In this document: one piece after another, positions 25,780-38,900 of the stretch
Numbering within the stretch: position 1 is the first letter of the stretch
Layout: every line of letters starts with the position of its first letter
Assembly (NCBI GenBank): GCA_030265395.1
Contig: JARFYF010000112.1
Location: forward strand, 66,156,765 to 66,220,738
Length of the DNA: 63,974 bases
Source: Rhina ancylostomus
Taxonomy: Eukaryota
Direction of reading: 5' to 3'
Translations under genes and position numbers: made by a program
Notes under the pieces: model-generated
Told to the model about the DNA's origin: nothing
Seen by the model: the letters and a program-made list of their open reading frames with translations, nothing else
Databases searched by the model: none

Positions 25780-27200
25780 AAACTCCGAAGATACCACAAC
25801 CTCAAGCACTGTAAAGGTTGGCAAGTAGACCTTGTCTGCTCCCTGAAAGTAGCATCCTCGACCCTCAACCACCTTTCTGGGTTGTGAAGGTCAGGAGTAT
25901 GGGGAGTGTGCTTCAATAGAGGCAGAAATGTGTTTCTGTGGCACTGGTGAATCATTTCCAAAGTGGAAACGAGGTTCTTCCTCCTCTGCACCAGCCTTTA
26001 AGAGAAACTGGACATGGACCATCCCACCCACTCCATGGCTTGGTGGATGGTCTGATGGGCCAGGCACTTTTCTTTAAGTGTTCAAGTGTAGCCTGTGGAG
26101 CGTCTCATTCAACCCCTCCAATTTAGCAAAATGACGAGATCTGACTTCACTGGAGTAGAGATAATGTGTCCCTTTCCCTTTTGTCCACGTGCATTCTTCA
26201 CAGTGTAGTGAGTTGGTGCTCTATGGGAGCAGGTGGACTGGTGCAATGGGGTGCTCTTTGACTGCAGCAGCCAGTGCTGCTATCACTTGCTCCTCTTCAG
26301 ACAACTCCTTTGGCTGCTCTGGGACAGCAGGCTCTCTAGATGGTCTTACTTCCAGTGCTGAGCTGTAGATGTTACATTGCATCACCAAGCATGCCTAAAG
26401 ACTGAGTGAGAATGCTGGTAGTGGATTGCAGCCTGTCTTTTTTTTACACTAACTTGTGTACATGTTTGAAGTTGCTGTTTGTTAAATGTCAGAAGGATGA
26501 GCTCATGCTGAAGCAGGTGACCCAGTCTGGCACTAGACACATTTGCAGGTTTTCTTGAAGGCTGATGTCACCACGACTGTCCCTAGATTATCTGCTTGAT
26601 TGCAAACTTTAACCATGTACGTATGTAATGATGCAGCCACAATAAAAGTTATGGCCCTTGTGCTCAGAGTCCTGCATGACATAGCGCAAGTATTCTTTAG
26701 GTATTGGACCCTTAATAGTATTTCTATGGGAATAGAATCTGAATATACAGTGGTTGCATTAAACATGATTATCTTGGATGGTATGTATGAAAAGATCAGT
26801 GTTGATTTGAGTCCCAGATTTTGGTATTGTCTCTTTTGGGAAAAATTCCATTGTGTTTTGAAGGAGGTACTGATAACTGGGGTTGTTGCAATGTGTAAAC
26901 ATGTGACTCTTTGAGGTCCTTGTCTGTCTAAATGCACCTCCACTGATAGCTGTGCAACGCAGTTGGACGATGTGCTAATTTAATATCATACTGAAGTGCG
27001 ACAGCGCTGTTAATGGTTGGAAATACCTCCTCTTGGTTACAGAACAATTCCTACAGCTAAAGACCACAATAAAACACATCTGGCTGATCTCCACTTCTGC
27101 TGCTGGTGCTTCCTTCACCTGACTATGCTCTTACCAAAGGTGTCAACGGACTGTCGTGTGCTAATATGAACCCCCTCAGGTTTGGGAGTGCTATCTACCT
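25780..27200 (-). mobile_element. Degenerate RTE-like LINE
   Basis: Traces LEMIHQCHRNTFL (~LE.FHQRCLR.IL) and TLSTRAITFIV (~RST.DMIF) in the expected order. Heavily mutated. Confidence 0.45.
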
Positions 27201-27623
27201 ATCACTAGTGGTTTCCATTTCAGATAACAATTGTGGGAGGTAGTTGACACAGTCTTGTGTGGAAATGTTGTGGAGTGAATGTGAAAATGTGTACATGCTG
27301 GTAAGGGGAGGGCCTATTGTTGGAGAGAGGGAGAGAGATGATCTGCCATTTGCAACACCTTCCCACCCCCGAAGCTCAGCAATATGCAGCCAGCCTCACT
27401 GACCCTTGCAGATATCATTGTCTTCCAGCACAGAAACAGGCCATTCAGCCCACCATATCACTGCTGACCATTGTACTATTACCGTTGCTGGTCATACAGT
27501 TGAAGTGTGGCTCCTGCCCAGGAGCATGTGATAGTGAGAAATTTGAGGTCCAAGGCTTGATTGACCATGATGTACAGTTAGCTGTTCTGAACATGTACAG
27601 TGGACATTGTAGTCAGCTTTTAA

Positions 27624-28150
27624 TCACAGAATGGTTATAGCATGGAGAGGGCCAATTGTCCTATACGAGTCCTATGTGAGAGGAATCTAGCTAATCCCTT
27701 GTCCGTGCTCTCTCCCCATAACCCTGCAAAATCATTCCTTTCAGGTACTCGCCTGGCTCCCTCTTGAAAATGAACGCTACACTTCAAGTTCCTTCTCCTG
27801 ATGCTATTCCAGTCTCTAAGCACTCGCTGTGTTTTTGTCTTTTTAAAAGAAAAAGTGTGTTCTTGTCATTCTTTTTTGTTTGCCAATTGCTTTCATTCAC
27901 TATCCCCTTGTTCTTGACCCTGATGCCTGTAGGAACAGCTTATCTCCAGTCAGTCTGAACATTTCCTAATTTTACAAACATCTATCAGGTCTCCTTCCAA
28001 CCTTTTCTGTTCCAAAGAGGACAACTCTAGCTTCTTCAATCTATTTCCATCACTGAAGCCCTTGTCCAAAATTTTTTCCCTAAAGTGTGGTGCCCAACTG
28101 TGGTTGAACCAGTATTTTATTAAAGTTCATTGTGAGCTCCTTGCGGTTGT
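27624..28150 (-). mobile_element. CR1-type LINE 3' fragment
   Basis: TCACAGAATGGTTATAGC tail and CCTTTTCTGTTCCAAAGAGGACAACTCTAGC (reverse complement of the LGLFSLE.RRL.GDL region). Confidence 0.65.
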
Positions 28151-28559
28151 ACTCTCTGGCACAATTTGTACAACACCAGATTCGATGTGTTTTCTTCACT
28201 TTTTTTTTCAACCTGCCCAGCTTCTATGTATGTATAGCCACAGATCTTGTATGTTCTTTTACCCCTTTTTTAAAAAAAAAATTCCCTCTTGTTTATTTTA
28301 CCTCATCGTAGTTTCATATTCTTCTTTNNNNNNNNNNTTTATGATGGGGAAGAATGTCATTTGCCCCTTTGAGATTCTGCCATCTCTCGGAGCAATCCCA
28401 TTCTCCCATATTTTCCCTTAAACCTACACTCTTGCATGTGGTCATTAATATCACCCTTCAAGCATCTCCCTCTCCCTTCCAGATTCTCTTACCACCCACT
28501 ACACTAGGGGCAATTTATACTAGCCAATTAATCAACCACCCAGCGTGTTTTCCTATTCT

Positions 28560-29800
28560 TCTGCCCAAAAAGGAACACTTTGCACTTTTCAGCATTGTTT
28601 CATCTGCTGTTCCACTGGCCGGTCTATTTCTCCTTTTGGAGTCTATTATTAACCCTCACATAGTTGACTACACCTCCAAATTTCATGTCATCAGCAAATT
28701 TGGATATTTTGTCCTACCCTCCCAAGTCCAAATTATTAACATACATTGAAGAAAGGTAGTGGTCCTAATACTGCCCCCTGTGGAAATCCTCTGTACACTT
28801 CCCTCCTGTCTGGGGGGAGAAACGTCTATTTCACTGCTTTTGTTCCTTATTGCTCAGCCAGGTTTCTGTCCAGATTGCCACAATCCCTTTTATTCCATGG
28901 TCTTTGGTCTTGATGACAAACCGATTTTATGTGGCACCTTGCTTTTTGGAAGTCCATGTGACTAACCACGTTTCCCTCATCAAACTTCTTAAACTTTTTT
29001 TGACCAATCCATGCTGGCTTTCTGTCATCAAAGTAAAAGTCAAAGTTGAGTTTATTGTCATATGCACATGTACATGTATGCACAGGTGCAAACTTACTTG
29101 CAGCAGCATCAAATGCACATAGCATCATATACACAGCATTCACAAGAAAAACATTAAACATAAATTATACACAATTTTTTACAAGAAAGAACTTGATTAG
29201 AACAAAAGAAAAGTCTATTTTAATGTAAAGTCCAAATGATTGTTAAAATGTTCCCAACCACCAAAATTAAACCAACTGGAATGTAGTGAATGGGTTTATC
29301 CCAACATCCTTTATTAACAATAGAGAAACATTTGCAATTTTTAGGTTCTAGGATGCATGTTTAAATGATTATGGCAAGGGCCTCTGCAATTTCCTTCCTT
29401 CCTTCCCTTGAATGTAAGCTGCAGTCCATTTGGACTTGCCCACTTTAAGTGTATCCAGCCTTTCTAGGAGTTCCTCTTTACCAATTTGTAGTCTGCCTAG
29501 GTTTTCAATTAAATCTTCTTTTGCTGAGAGTCCAGCAGCATCTTCCCTGGTGAAGACTGTTGGGAAGTATTCACTTAGTACCTTTGCCAAGCCGTCCGTC
29601 TCCATTTCCCTTTGGTCTCTGGTTGACCTCACCTCTTCTCTTTCAACACTTCTTGTCCATAATATACACCAAACCTTTTTAGATTTTGCAATTGTTTGCT
29701 GCTGCAAGTATTTTTTTTCATTCTTTGCCTCCCTTATTTCCTTTTACACACAAGAACTCAGCTGATTCAGTGGTAACAACCTGGTATCTGTAATATCTTG
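28560..29800 (-). mobile_element. CR1 ORF2 (RT) fragment with a nested LINE-tail insertion at ~29030-29230
   Basis: FDEGNVVSHMDFQKA (~VDEG.AVDVVY.DFQKAFD), a KFADD motif at ~28685-28700, and VLSEYFPTVFTRED. The insert begins with GTCAAAGTTGAGTTTATTGTC-type tail repeats. Confidence 0.75.
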
Positions 29801-30179
29801 CTGTTTTACTGTCTTTTTTTTGTTATCCAGGAAGCTCTGATTTTGCTTTCCCTTCTCTTATGGAAATGTATCTAGATAGTAGTAAAATATGTACATTTTA
29901 AAGGCCTCCCATTCTTCAATTGCAATTTTGTTTATCAAGCTTTGATTCCAATTAATTGAAAGCTTCCCATAGTAGTAGCGAATTTTCCCATAGGTTCTGG
30001 CTTTGAGGTGCAATCCATGAAGGCTGGATAGATCCCACCTCCCTCAGAGCTGGTACCAGTGTTCTAGGAATTGAAAATCATTTCTCCTGCCACTTCTCTA
30101 GCTGTTCATTCCTCCTGTAGTTTCATCCTATCTCTATAGCATTTCATGTGTAGCACCAGCAGCTGTCGTGGTCTTAAAC

Positions 30180-30880
30180 TGTCCCCTGGGATCGAGGCAC
30201 ATCCATTCTGGGTTTTGTGGGATCTGAAGTGGCTAATGAGGCCAATGTGGGAACTGCATTCTCTTCCATAGATAGGGCAGAAGATGCCTGATGGTCTGTT
30301 ATGTATGGCCTCTGTGTGCACCTGATGCTTGGAATTAAGGTTTACTATCCTGAATGCTCCTTCCCTACTTTGAGTGATCATGGGTCAGAAATTCCCAAAG
30401 GATCCCAACTTCCCAGGGAATGTTGCTTTACTTGAAGGAGGCTTAGAACATATCCTTGAATCTTTTACTTTGTCCTTATAATTTCTTCCAATGACAGACC
30501 TCAGAACTGAGTATCTGTTTTGGGAGTCTGGTGTCAGGTGAGTGATGTGGCTTGTCCATTGTAGCTAGGCCTTCTGGTGCGGATGTTGGCCCGGGAGGGA
30601 ACACTGATATTGGTTTGCTTATCCTTTCAGAATTGGAGGATTTTGCAGAGATTTAGTTGATTTCTCCAGTGCCTTGAGATGCCTGGTCTCCAGAAGCTTT
30701 TAGGATCTCTACTTCCTTGTAGACCGTGATGTTCAAATACCCTCTCCTTAACAGATGAATGGCTGCATAGCTTTAGGACATTGGTGAATTTCATCATCGC
30801 CATCTTCCTTCGCCTACAAGAGGCACCCTGGATACATCCATGTTTTGCAGGGTCTCTCTGTGAATCTTTATTGTCAGAAG
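30180..30880 (-). mobile_element. RTE-clade LINE 3' fragment
   Basis: FCPIYGRECSSHIGLISHFRSHK matches the RTE C-terminal C2H2-like motif (CP.CGR.C.S.IGL.SH.RTH). Confidence 0.75.
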
Positions 30881-31010
30881 GCAGAGGGGGGCAGGTTGAT
30901 GGGATGCAATCTGTATTTCAGATGATGAGTGTAAGGCCCATTGTCTTGCATGTTTCAATTTACTGAAGCACCAAGAAAAAAAGGAAGATTATNNNNNNNN
31001 NNNNNNNNNN

Positions 31011-31320
31011 TCATCACCTGTCCTGTATCCTTAAAATTTGCCTGCAGGATCTCATCTCTTTTTCTACCCAAGTCATTGGCACCAATATAGGCTACAGTCT
31101 CTATCATCTTTAATGAAATCCTTGACTCTGTGTTGCAACAAGGTATGAACACACCCTCCTGCTATAACTTCTGCAGTCAGAAACTCTTGTCTACTCCCCT
31201 GACTATAGAATCCCCTTATTATATTTCACTCTTGACTTTTCTTTGCCTTCTCAGTACAATTGAGTCACCCATGTTGTTGTGATCTTGGCCTTCTGTCCTT
31301 CCCAGAGGAAAACTTTTCTC
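31011..31320 (-). mobile_element. CR1 ORF1 esterase fragment
   Basis: VAYIGANDLGRKRDEIL (~VVHIGTNDIGRKRDEVL). The GGGGATTCTATAGTCAGGGG (GDSIVRG) segment resembles the 25.1-kb copy. Confidence 0.75.
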
Positions 31321-33953
31321 CCCCACCCCCTTGGTACGTAGACTGAATGTGTGTTAGAGATTAGGTCCCTTTTAGCTAAGGAGGGGAAAGCTACACTTCC
31401 TTTATTTCCTAAAGCTGTGCCAGTAAATTTAGATTTTGGGTGGGGCTAGATTAAATTCTGTGCGGTGCAGTCTATGGTCAAAACCTAGCCAATGTCAGCA
31501 GCCCTGATGAGAATTGGCATTTTGGGTGGGGTGACAGAGGATCTGGGAGCTGTTGGTGCTTGTGTAATTGTATCCCAGTGTGAAAACCACCTCAGTAGAA
31601 AAGGAATGTTTTCTTAAAAAAATACTCTGCCAACGTCTCCAAACCTACTGCCTAATCTTGGTAAAAATCTGAAGAGGTAGGAAGTTAAAATGGCCCAAGT
31701 GCCTGATTTGATCTCTGCCTCCCTGTTATAGCAAACAAGGAGGCTGTAGCTTCTTGTTTTAAAAGGCAGATTGAGCTCTGAGAATACATGTAAATAATTG
31801 GAACCAAAAGGAATTTCAACCCAATACACAGCAAAATGGTTGGGGGGTGGGAGGCAGTGGGGGTGAGCTGATGGGTGTAGTGGGAAATGTGCTTGAAAGA
31901 GCTTTGGGTAAGGGTTAAAAGCTTAGGTCAGAAGCAATAGCAAGGAGTAATTGGATATTGAAATGTGACTTAACCTGACAAAAGATGTGCAATGTAAACT
32001 TAATTCCATGGAAAGGTTCAAAAACCTGGAATTGGGGAGCATTAATAAATGAAGGGGAAGGAATGAACAAGTGAATTTAAAAAGGAAAAGAGCCAGTTTA
32101 GCAAGGAGAACCATCTGAGCCTGTGACACAGCAGGGTGTGGTTATGATCAAGCCTCGTGATAGACATATTTGGAACTGAATTCTTCAGAGAGTAAATGAA
32201 CTTGATAAGACATTGAACAGAAGAGCAAGGGGAAGAGCAAATGTTGAGAAATAGAGCAAGCAATCGAAGGTGATTTTCTAGAGGGAGAGACTTGAAAAAA
32301 GGCAGTATTTGATGCTGAATTAAAAAAGCAAACCTTCAGTAATTTACTTTAAGGATTAAGTACTAACACCGGTAACAAACAATTACAGGCAGTTGAAAAT
32401 TGCAATGTTAATTTAATGGACATAGATTGCAATTTTGCTTTGAAGGAAATAGCAATGGCAAAAAATTCATTTTTTAAAAATTATTCCTTTGAAGCTTTAA
32501 GTTTCTTCATTAAAACAACAGTGAAGGCCCAACTCCCACAGCTGAAAGTGCTAAGGTGAGAATGTCTACATTCTGCCTTTCTTGTTGGATCCCTCTGGGG
32601 GAGGGTTTGACATAATAGTGAGACCTGAGTGTTGGATTAAAAGAAATCTACATATACTGGAATTCAAAAATAATATTAAATAGAAAATACTGGAAATGCA
32701 TTGATTCTGACAAAAAGGTCACACCAGAAATATTGCCCCCTCTGTCTTTCAGATGCTAATCAGCTCTTTGCTGCTCATTGCGAGCAAGTATGTTTTTGAG
32801 TTTTGGGTGTAGCCCTTGTCCATAATTGGTAGTTGTGTGTGCTGTGAAACAATAACATGTTTTTCTAAATTTAAAAAGTGCATCCAGTGTACTTTCTGAC
32901 ATTGACAATGTGCATATATTTACCACTGTTCTGTACCTGATTTCATTGTTGTATGCCTCTCTGCATCACCATCTCTAGCAGCCCTGGTTTCAACAGCAGT
33001 GAAGCAATATTAATGAGTTGGTGGTGCTTTCTTTGCAAAACTCAGATATTGTAGATAGGTTAGCCATTGAGTTTCTACTTGCTATATGCCTTTCCTTGTC
33101 CAGTTTGGGAGTAGAAACAATAGCACAATGAGCAGCTTTCAAACCGTGCACATGCAGTCTTGGGCTTGTGCTGTTATTTATTGTCCTTGCTCTTTAGTCC
33201 TTTCTGCTATATAAATGGGATGGATTCTACAGAAATCTTTGTATTTTAAAGTACTTCAAATAAAACCTATAATTTGCAGCTCCAATATAAAGGGAGCATT
33301 CGATGGTTACAGGAAAAAGCACACGTTTCAAATTTACACTCCCAGGGGAATGAAACAATGTAAAGTCAGTATTTTAAATGGACGTAGTAGTAGGGTTAAT
33401 GTATTTTTAACAAATGTAAACTAATCTTGGAGAAGCTGGGGAGACTGAGCTCTGTATGCAGCAAAGTTCACTGGTGTTTTGCTTTTGACTTCAGGGTTGG
33501 CGTCAGATAGAGCATCTCTGTTTCATTGCTGGATTACCGTGCAGCTGGCTGCTCGTGTGGTGTTCAGGGAGTGGGAGTGAAGTGGGGAAAGAGAGACGCA
33601 TTGAATTTAGAGCAGGAGGAAAACATGATAAATTAATCAGAGCTTTTGCTTTGTGCATGACAGCATTCAGACATGAACCATTTTAGTAATGTGATTTGTG
33701 AAGGGGTTGGGAGTTAACAACTGGGAAATTCCTTGTTCAAATTTTACATATTTTTACCAAATGTGAATTCATACCATATAACTCATTTTTGATCAGCTAT
33801 GCAATGGACTCTCAATTACAGTGTGAAATTACAGTCAGTTTTGTAAGCCTTCAAATAATTAATAATTTCCAAAATGCTAGGGAACTGTTGGGGTCATTTC
33901 TCAAGTATGTGATATTTTACAAAGTTTTTTTAAAAAATTATTTTCTCCCTCAG

Positions 33954-33999
33954 GTCCGTACTGCAGCTTGTTTGTTGACAGTGGGAATGATGAGCTCAG
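33954..33999 (+). CDS. Candidate 46-nt upstream exon of the KLF8-like gene (5'UTR or coding; ends ATG ATG AGC TCA G)
   Basis: Strong acceptor ttattttctccctcag and donor CAG|gtgagt in unique sequence. Tandem ATGs at 33987/33990 end in phase 1. Linkage to the KLF exon is inferred, not shown. Confidence 0.5.
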
Positions 34000-34070
34000 G
34001 TGAGTTTGAATGCTGGGTCTGCTCAAAGGAAGCAGATTTTGCTCCCAGTGTGAATTGTTGTGGAAAGCAA

Positions 34071-34230
34071 AGGGTGTGGTGAACCTCCCACAGCAGATGT
34101 GTGAAGAAGCAGTTTTGTGCAGTATGGAACTGTTGGGACCATGACTGCTGTTTACTTCATTTATAAATAAGGTTTAGTTTGAACTGGCACACCCATCCCT
34201 TTCTCCAACCTCCCCACCCACTGCACCCCT
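34071..34230. promoter_or_regulatory. Cluster of CACCC/KLF-type boxes (candidate promoter or enhancer)
   Basis: AGGGTGTGG (= CCACACCCT) 34071-34079, GCACACCCA 34187-34195, CCCCACCCA 34212-34220, TGCACCCCT 34222-34230. Confidence 0.4.
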
Positions 34231-34619
34231 CCCAACCCAAAAGGAACTGGGTTAGTTCAGTCAGAACAAAGCACAGCAGAGCTTCTCGACATTTCTGTTT
34301 TTCTTCTCTTTTCCCCAGTGACGAGGTGGAAACTTGGAGCAGTGCCAGTTTTTTTGTGTAACAGAGGAGGAGGAGAACGGATCTTGCTCACAGAGTAGAT
34401 TATTTTGTGCCCTTGTAAAATGTCATGATCTACTCAACTTTCTTAGATCACCTCCCAGATCACGCAAACACATTTGTGTGTGGCCAGGAGCTAGTGATTT
34501 CTGCTTTCACTTGGCAAGTGTGCGTATTTGAAGAATGGGGTGGAATTGTACCTGTTTAACTGGTGCTTTTGTTTTTTCTTCCTTCTGAAGGAATCCAATT
34601 GTCATTGTAATATCAGCAA

Positions 34620-35110
34620 AGCTTAATGATGGGCACATCCTCCTCAAAAGAATTAACCAGGCTCGTTAGGCAGCACAAGCCATTGACGAAGCCATGCTGA
34701 CTATTCCTAATCATATTATACCTCTCCAAATGCTCATACATCCCGCCTCTCAGGATCTTCTCCTTCAACTTACCAACCACTGAAGCAAGACTCACTGGTC
34801 TATAATTTCCTGGGCTACCTCTACTCCCTTTCTTGCATAAAGGAACAACATTCGCAACTTTCCAATCCTCAGGAACCTCTCCGTTCCCCATTAATGATGC
34901 AAATATGATCACCAGAAGCTCCGTAAGCTCATCATTAAGCCCCCACAGTAGCCTCGGGTATATTTCATTCAGTTCCACGACTTATACAACTTGATACATT
35001 CCAAAAGCTCTAGCACTTCGTCTTTCTTAATATCTGCATGCTCAAGTTTTTCAGTCTGCTGCAAGTCCTCACTACAATCACCAATATATTTTTCCATAGT
35101 GAATACTGAC
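34620..35110 (-). mobile_element. CR1 ORF2 fragment (pre-RT/RT start)
   Basis: IYPRLL...GEVPEDWKVANVVPLCKKGSRGSPGNYRPVSLASVVGKL.EKIL...SQHGF is a canonical CR1 sequence. Confidence 0.92.
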
Positions 35111-36129
35111 GTGTTACGTACCAGCAACAAAAGAAACAGACCAAGATATGTATAAGTGTTAAAGACTATTTTATTAATAACTACTTATGATAATAAGTAA
35201 AATAAAAGTAAAAATGTTAGAATGTTAGAAGTAANNNNNNNNNNNNNNNNNNNNNNNNNNNNNNNNNNNNNNNNNNNNNNNNNNNNNNNNNNNNNNNNNN
35301 NNNNNNNNNNNNNNNNNNNNNNNNNNNNNNNNNNAACCAATCTTTGTTGTTATATTGCTTGATTTCACATTGGTAAATGCATGTTCACCTTCTAGGATTA
35401 TCCTGGAGACCTGAAAAATTAAAAAAAATTAAGCACCTGGACATTGATTCATTCAACTTGTGAGAAAATGTGTAAGTGAAGATCCAGAGGAGAAAAACGT
35501 GCAAGAGAGAGTAGGGTGATGAAGGCAGCACGATGCATGGTGACGACTCTAAGAAAACATCTTGGAAGAGTTGCAGCTGACAATCTGTTCTGATACAAAG
35601 GCATAAGGACCAGCAAGTTCCATTTTGCTATTCCTTCCAACTGCCAAATTATCAATCTGTCTTGCTAACAGTAATGGACTATTGACTGCTGCTGATTGAA
35701 GTTTGGTGATTCCATTCGGACAGTGAATTGGTTTTGGACTTTGGTGTGAAAATTGGTTTAGGTTTATGAGCCAGTAAACTGTCATCTTTAATGGCCTACT
35801 GGCAGATGAGTTTAGTTTGCAATGAAGTGATAGAGTTCTCTGTTACATCTACCGAGAATCACAAAAATATAGAGTAGGGGGAAAGCTGGTCAAGTTTTCT
35901 TTTTGTTAGAAGAAAGAAAGCATTCTGAGCTGCTTGGTTCTGGGATGCTGGTAATCTGGGTGCAGGTCATCAGCAAATCCATTGCCAAAATGGGTTTTAA
36001 AAACTGCAGCGTATAAAGGAAGATCAGGCATATTAATAAAGAATGTTAACACATCTTTGGATGATCCAATGAGCTTCACAGACAACAAATTAATGTTGAA
36101 GTGCAGTTACTGTTGATTTGCAGCCAAAT

Positions 36130-36400
36130 AGGGCTGCAAATCAACCTGGAAAGTTGATGGACGGTGATGTTCTATAAACAGCAAATCAGATAACTGGCTC
36201 GTTAATCTGTTTTGGTGGTGGTTGAGGGATAAATATTGGCTAAGGCACTGGGAAAGAGCCTGGTGTTCTTCAAATGGGACCTGAGAATATTTGCTTCTGC
36301 CAGAGCAAGCTTTCATGACGCAACTGCAAAACCTCAAAGTGCTGATGTAAAGTATAGTGGTTTCACACTGAGACTGAGGATCTTGAAGTCCTCTTTGGCC
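36130..36400 (-). mobile_element. Deu-domain SINE-like remnant
   Basis: GGTTGAGGGATAAATATTGGCTAAGGCACTGGG...TTCTTCAAA resembles the reverse complement of shark DeuSINE core sequence. Confidence 0.5.
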
Positions 36401-38479
36401 AAGGATGTCTGCAGAGGGGCTTGTAAGAAGTTGTCCGTGTGAGAGCTCAAGGAAACCCAGGAGGCTGGAGGCAGGGACATTTGAAGAATCTACCCGTCAT
36501 ATGATAACTTATGACAGTGGGGGAACAAGTAAAGAAATAGTCTGGTCAAAAACCAAATATTGTGTGGAAAAGGAAGTCTGCTCTGATTCAACCAGTCAGG
36601 ACTCAACCCACGTAACCCTGGAAAGCTGATGGAGTTGGCACTAGATGTATATGTGTGTCTAAGAGGCAAAAGAAATCTTTCTAGTGAGTAGTAACTCTTC
36701 CATGAACTGATGCCAGACTGGTGATCAAGGAATATAGTAACAGTCCATCGCGATGGTGGGGATGGCTTTGTATAATTGGCCATGTTGAAAACTAACTCCA
36801 GCCTTGTAAGTCATCTTGTGTTGTTACCTGTAGATAAATAGGAGACCATGAATGAACTGAAAGTGGTACTGAGGCTCTAATGGCAGGAATAAAAACATTC
36901 AGTGTGGTGATCTTAAGCTGCACTGCATTGGATAGAAGCTAGAAACTGACAAGTTTGATTTAGCATTGCATGTATTATAATTTTCCAATGTACATTAATA
37001 GTCGATAAATGACTAATTTGGGGGTTTAAAAATGAAGGATGAGAAATTCTTCTGGGCTCATAGAGACATCTTAATTTATTGTGTTAAGCACACACATCAG
37101 CACATGACTACTTAAAAGTTTGGTGATCAAGGCATCACTGAAAGCACATTAAATATTCAACCTACTGTGACATTGCAGGGTACATGCTGCAAAACAGCAA
37201 GCAGGTCAGAGTCTGGGGTGGAAATGGAGGGAAAAGACGAGTCGGACTAGGCTCGGGTGATCATGTGCTGGGTTGAGCATTGAGGTCCTCGGATTGATGC
37301 TTTGTAGGATTGGAAGGGAGCAGGGTTTGAGGGGAGGATCTCTTGAGGGTTGTGAGCTTGAGGATGGGGCTGGGGCGAAGGGTGGCGAGGGACCCAATGT
37401 GCAGGTAAGTAAATAAAAGGAATCAAGTGTGGAAGTGGGATTTTTCCTTTAAAATGAGCTGCTGCACATCGAGTACTGCTGTTAACATGAGGTGCCCAGT
37501 GACAGATATCTTGGAGCAATATGACATAAGTTCCCCAAAAGAGGAGTTGAGAATAAATGATGTACTTCAGTGCATGTCTTCCAGGGAAGATGCATCATCA
37601 GCGTGACCAATCAAATCTCCAGTGATGTGATGAGACCTGGGAATCTTAATGATCTGTATACCCATAGACTTTTTTTCTGTACTGTGTGTCCAGTTTTCTA
37701 GCTCATATGTTTGATGCTTTAAACTGGAATAAAATGTGATATAATAGAATGTCTATCAGTTTTAAACAAAAGTCTGGGTCTGAGAAGTAATCAAGGTCAC
37801 AAAGTTAAAATATAAAGTCTAAAGGAAAATACTCGAAGGACTGAGTCGTTCTGTGTTGGTGACTCAACAGTTTATTATTTATTTTTGAGAAATGGTTCAA
37901 CAGCATTTCAGAATGCAGACAAATACAGGCTTCTTGTATAATTCTGCACACAGATCAAATGGTAGTAGAATTTGCCAGGGGTTATTTTTTCCTGTGTTCC
38001 ACCAAATGTTTTCATTTGTCAGTTGTTTCAGTGGGTGACTTTTCTACATCTCAAATATTCATATATATTAGGTTATAAATGTCAATAACTGATTAAATTA
38101 AACATTCAGATGTATCTTATGTTGAGCAGTGTACTAAAAAGTGTCTTCACCTGGATGGCTGGGCCTTGAATTCCAGAGTTGCCCCTCCAATTTGGATTGT
38201 GCAGTCTGGTCACATGAAACACATGTAATGTCAGAGGATACTCCAGCTCTTGCTCAAAAGTTTTGGAAAAAAATATTCAAAGAGAATATGAAAGGTAGAT
38301 TTCATAGCTGAAGTTTATTGTGCCTTTGTGCATCCACATGGCTGCACTAAAGATTCTACACTAGTTGTAATTGTTTTATTTCCCTTGAATTTCAGGAAAT
38401 GTATTTTATCTGTATGCATGTATATGGTCAGACTGACAGCACAGATGTAGCAAGATGGAGGTCCCATTTGCCTCAGCCC

Positions 38480-38900
38480 AATGTTGAAGATCCTGTGCAC
38501 AACCTTGCTAACAGGATCATTTTGTTTACAGAATCATTTCTTGATGGCAGCAGAAATTCAGTGGCTTCTGACCTTGGGTACTCCCAACCAATAAATTGCA
38601 CAAATATTCCAAGAATTAAAGTTAGGCTTTTGTTCCTGCAGATCAAGGCAATGAGTGTTTCAGAAGCTTTCCTGAAGACTTCGTGGAGGCGAAAGCCAGT
38701 TTGGGTAATGTGAGTTTTATCAAGGTCAACAAAGGCAAAGCAAAAGTGCATTGTGATCTGAAGGTCTGTGATGCCCAGGATTATCCAAGCCTCCATAGGC
38801 TGAGGGTTTTAAGTAACCCCATGAGGTGTGCCAGGAACTTTCAATGTGATGGAGAGGTTATGTGGGAGGATTGGCAGAGCACATGGAATATTTACATGTG
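38480..38900 (+). mobile_element. Old LINE APE-endonuclease remnant
   Basis: IILFTESFL...LGY (~DII.ITESWL...GY) and a downstream GTFNV (~GDFN). Confidence 0.4.
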
